DNA of 64,000 nucleotides, taken from Alphaproteobacteria bacterium (GTDB taxonomy: Bacteria; Pseudomonadota; Alphaproteobacteria; CBCXTS01). Position 1 is the first letter of the stretch. Every line of letters starts with the position of its first letter. A program made the translations under genes and the position numbers. The notes under the pieces were generated by a model, which saw only the letters and a program-made list of their open reading frames with translations, did no database searches and had not been told where the DNA came from. This document shows, in pieces, positions 62,101 to 64,000 of the stretch. The stretch lies in the NCBI GenBank assembly GCA_965178085.1, contig CBCXTS010000026.1, forward strand, positions 18,109 through 82,108, read 5' to 3'.

Positions 62101-62143
62101 TGTACTAACCCTTGTGGTTAGATGGCTTAAGTAACTATATAAA

Positions 62144-62179
62144 AACTAGCTAGTAGAACTAGCTAGTAGAACTAGCTAG
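62144..62179. repeat. 13-bp tandem repeat x2.8 with a palindromic core
   Basis: AACTAGCTAGTAG repeated; the core ACTAGCTAGT is a perfect palindrome. Confidence 0.92.
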
Positions 62180-62543
62180 AGGATCAAAAATAGTTGTTTG
62201 GCCAGCATTGCCAATAGTAGTTTAGTTTTAGTAGGAATTAACTTTTACTCTCTTCATTGAGATTTACCCTTTATCTTATTTCGCGTATATGCTCAACAAG
62301 TAAGGTCAATATTTTTATATTATCATCATAATGGTTGCTTCACGAGTATATAAAATCAGTGACAGACACCATGAATAGGATATATAATTTAAAAATAGAA
62401 TCACATAATATATAATTCAAAAAGATATTATAGAGTAAGATATAATGATCAATAAAATAGTGCAATTGTTACAATTAATGCTCAAAACAATAGGGCTGAA
62501 GCTGATCGATCAAAAGAAAGTAGCGATATCAATAATGCTTGAT

Positions 62544-63413
62544 ATGTTGTTGAAGCGATGCATGCTAAGTCTGCGATGTGTATTGCTAGCAGGCGTGCTA
62601 GCTTTCAGTCTTGCTGGGTGCTCATCTGATAGCAAGAAGGAATATGTAGAAAGACCAGTAGAAGAACTATATAACGAAGGTCTTGCTGCTTTGAGAGAAA
62701 AAGAATACGAAGCAGCCGTTGTTAGTTTTGAAGAAGCCGAGCGCCAGCACCCTTATTCTGCATGGGCAACACGGGCCCAACTAATGGCGGGATATGCTAA
62801 TTTTCTAGATGGGCGCTTTGATGATGCGTTGATTACATTGGATCGTTTTATAGAGCTTAATCCAGGTAGTGATGATATTGTTTATGCCTATTATCTTAGA
62901 GCTGCAAGCTTATATCAACAGATAACCGATGTACGCAGAGATCAACGCATTACACGCTTGGCTCTTGAAAGCTTGCGCCAAGTTACTAATAATTTTCCAG
63001 AAAGCGAGTACGCTCGCGATGCAAACCTTAAAATTGATTTAACCCTTGATCATCTTGCAGGAAAAGAAATGTCAGTAGGGCGCTACTATCTTAGGCAACA
63101 TGATTATTTGGCTGCTATTAACAGGTTTAGAATCGTAGTAGAGCAGTTTGATACAACTACCCATGTGCCAGAAGCGCTTTTAAGAATGGTGGAAGCCTAT
63201 CTTGCGCTTGGTATCCGATCCGAATCTGAGCGCATTGCATCGGTCTTAGGGCATAATTTTCCAGCAAGTTCTTGGTATAAGGAAAGCTATACATTGCTAA
63301 CTGGCAAAAAGATTGAACAAGACCCGCTGAACGCGCAAGCAGATAAATGGTATGAAGAAATGTGGGGCTGGATTGAGAACAAAGTTAAACCTGTCAAAGA
63401 TTTTTTGATATAG
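62544..63413 (+). CDS. bamD: Outer membrane protein assembly factor BamD
   Basis: Lipobox LAGC, TPR motifs (ERQHPYS.WA, LAGKEMSVGRYY, HVPEAL.R.VE.YL.LG); start uncertain (62535 or 62544). Confidence 0.95.
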   Translation: MLLKRCMLSLRCVLLAGVLAFSLAGCSSDSKKEYVERPVEELYNEGLAALREKEYEAAVVSFEEAERQHPYSAWATRAQLMAGYANFLDGRFDDALITLDRFIELNPGSDDIVYAYYLRAASLYQQITDVRRDQRITRLALESLRQVTNNFPESEYARDANLKIDLTLDHLAGKEMSVGRYYLRQHDYLAAINRFRIVVEQFDTTTHVPEALLRMVEAYLALGIRSESERIASVLGHNFPASSWYKESYTLLTGKKIEQDPLNAQADKWYEEMWGWIENKVKPVKDFLI

Positions 63414-63414
63414 A

Positions 63415-64000
63415 ATGTTAACTAGATTAGGGATAAAAAATTTTCTGGTTGTATCGGATGCGCAGGTTACTTTTGAAAAGTCCTTTAACGCATTAACGGG
63501 TGAAACAGGCACTGGAAAATCTATTTTATTTGAAGCGCTAGCGCTAGCGCTTGGCAAACGCTTGTCAGGTAATATGGTACGAGCCGATGCCAAGCAACTA
63601 GAGGTTGAGGCATGGTTTTGTCCGCCTTTTCCAAAAGGGCTAATAGAAGTAGGCGCAGAATTAGGCATTGAAATAGAAGACGAGGATTTAGTATTTAAGC
63701 GTGTGATTGAGCAAAGCGAAGATAGTACCGCTGGGCGATCGCGTTCTTATATTAATATGCTACAATTTCCTTCGCGTGTGATGCGCCAACTAGGAGGATA
63801 TTTGGTAGAATTTCAAGAACAGCATGAATTGCACCACTTTTTTACCCCCAATGCACAATTACAATTAATTGACCAAATGCCTCTTGTAAAACAAAGTTAT
63901 GTTGATATGCAGCAAGCTTATAGCAATTGGCATCGCTTGCATGGAGAGCTCGTCCTTGCCAAACAAACACAAGAAAAAACACAATCAGATTGTATATGGT
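63415..64000 (+). CDS. recN: DNA repair protein RecN (5' part, runs off the window)
   Basis: Hand translation MLTRLGIKNFLVVSDAQVTFEKSFNALTGETGTGKSILFEAL (Walker A); directly after bamD; absent from the ORF track because no stop lies in the window. Confidence 0.92.
   Translation, partial: MLTRLGIKNFLVVSDAQVTFEKSFNALTGETGTGKSILFEALALALGKRLSGNMVRADAKQLEVEAWFCPPFPKGLIEVGAELGIEIEDEDLVFKRVIEQSEDSTAGRSRSYINMLQFPSRVMRQLGGYLVEFQEQHELHHFFTPNAQLQLIDQMPLVKQSYVDMQQAYSNWHRLHGELVLAKQTQEKTQSDCIW

Overview
AT-rich alphaproteobacterial chromosome segment; the gene pairs dapA-smpB, thrC-M16-rimJ and bamD-recN, a class II DAHP synthase and Cox15-type CtaA point to Alphaproteobacteria, possibly Rhodospirillales-like (inference). 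The left part (1 to ~18 kb) is accessory and catabolic. It opens with a tricarballylate/tricarboxylate cluster (tcuBA, GntR, AbrB-type membrane protein, D-2-hydroxyacid dehydrogenase, PrpF-family isomerase, fused TctAB, TctC). That cluster ends at what looks like a decayed island boundary: a HEPN RxxxxH gene fragment, integrase arm-type repeats, an IHF site and a tRNA 3'-end-like fragment at 9540-9850. Next come two small three-helix PnuC-like membrane proteins around a conserved W/R-rich unknown protein, a cupin, a 2OG-Fe(II) oxygenase/cysteine hydrolase pair, a divergent GMC oxidoreductase/enolase-superfamily pair, and a Gln-rich helical-repeat orphan with a sigma54-type promoter. The rest (18-64 kb) is mostly housekeeping: thrC, fmt, ubiD, ctaA, smpB, dapA, rseP-dxr-cdsA-uppS-frr-pyrH-tsf-rpsB, galU-ugd, pepN, ispB, bamD and partial recN. 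It also contains a degenerate tRNA-Lys(UUU), several broken conserved operons and many 13-23 bp tandem duplications. No CRISPR array, intact integrase/transposase or rRNA was seen. All calls come from motif recognition by eye; no database searches were run.
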